The translations under genes were made by a program, and so were the position numbers. Shown one piece after another: positions 63,276 to 64,000 of a DNA stretch of 64,000 nucleotides. How positions within the stretch are numbered: position 1 is the first letter of the stretch; each line of letters begins with the position of its first letter. The stretch spans positions 22,136,001-22,200,000 of the forward strand of contig CM075988.1 in assembly GCA_038087875.1 (NCBI GenBank). Direction: 5' to 3'. This DNA is from Malacoraja senta (Eukaryota). The notes under the pieces are model-generated. The model worked only from the letters and a program-made list of their open reading frames with translations. It was not told the DNA's origin and did not search any database.

Positions 63276-64000
63276 ACTATTGAAGTACTTTTTTTTCCTT
63301 AAAATTTAAAAATTCTATAATTGTTTGTCGTTATAAGCAGAAACCATCCAGCATCTAATGATTAATTTCAATGATGGTTGGCAGTTTACAAAACCCAGCA
63401 AGCAAAGATAAATGCCAGAAAACACACAAAATGTGGTCCTTAGAGCTCCTAAACCCAACCTGAATCAGTAGCAAACAAATTCCAAAACAGTTTTACTTTG
63501 ATTATCTTGGATATTTGATTGGATTGTACTAATGGTTCTGAAGGGAAACAAAAGCAATCAGCTGCTCCTGGGTAAGTAAGTCTGGGATAAGCTGAGTAAC
63601 AGATGCTCGTACATCTGCCACTTCGTTCCACTGGTGGACACAACGTGCAGGCAACAGCAGTGCCCAACCATGCTGGGGAAACCACCTCTGTGATCCCAAG
63701 CCAAGCAGACCAGGCATTAGCTTGGAATCTTGAATGGGAAATTCTGACCTGGAATTGAGAGAAAAGTAGTATTTCACATTATGTCTACATTATCATTTTT
63801 ATTCACGTTATTGCCAAGATATTTTTAACTATTAGATATTATGAAGTATAAAAAAATATTCAATCAAGGATGTTTAAAAATTGTTTTTAAATGTTTCCAA
63901 GCTTTAAATGGAGAGGGAGCCACAACCTTGGCTTTGTCTAAGAAGGATCTGCAAATGCTGGTTTAAACCGAAGATGGACACAAAAAGGTGGAGTAACTCA

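Overview
This is vertebrate genomic DNA, most likely from a skate or ray (inferred from HE1/V-SINEs and shark-type CR1 and Penelope repeats). It holds two convergent intron-rich genes, which I reconstructed by hand from GT-AG sites and reading-frame continuity. The first is the last 17 coding exons of NCAPD3 (condensin II CAP-D3; + strand, 30-31187). The second is coding exons 2-10 of JAM3 (JAM-C; - strand, 48976-37230); exon 1 lies beyond the window and part of exon 5 falls in a 200-N gap. Most of the remainder is transposon-derived: HE1-type SINEs, CR1, L1/Tx1, L2 and Rex1-like LINEs, Penelope-like elements (PLEs) and Harbinger-like MITEs. Nearly all short ORFs in the supplied track are repeat artefacts. 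Four observations stand out. (1) An abundant PLE-derived terminal repeat carries a minimal hammerhead-ribozyme core (CTGAAGA-A-helix II-GAAAC-GTC) and repeatedly forms foldback elements centred on or near that core, with 14-16 bp target-site duplications (TSDs) on two copies. (2) A 22-bp copy of an NCAPD3 splice acceptor has been pasted into an intronic CR1 fragment, in frame with the CR1 ORF2 tail. (3) JAM3 has a 19-nt microexon, giving a JAM2/F11R-like 10-exon layout. (4) A CpG-rich non-autonomous element carries a Rex1-type tail. Comparisons to human proteins are from memory and were not computed.
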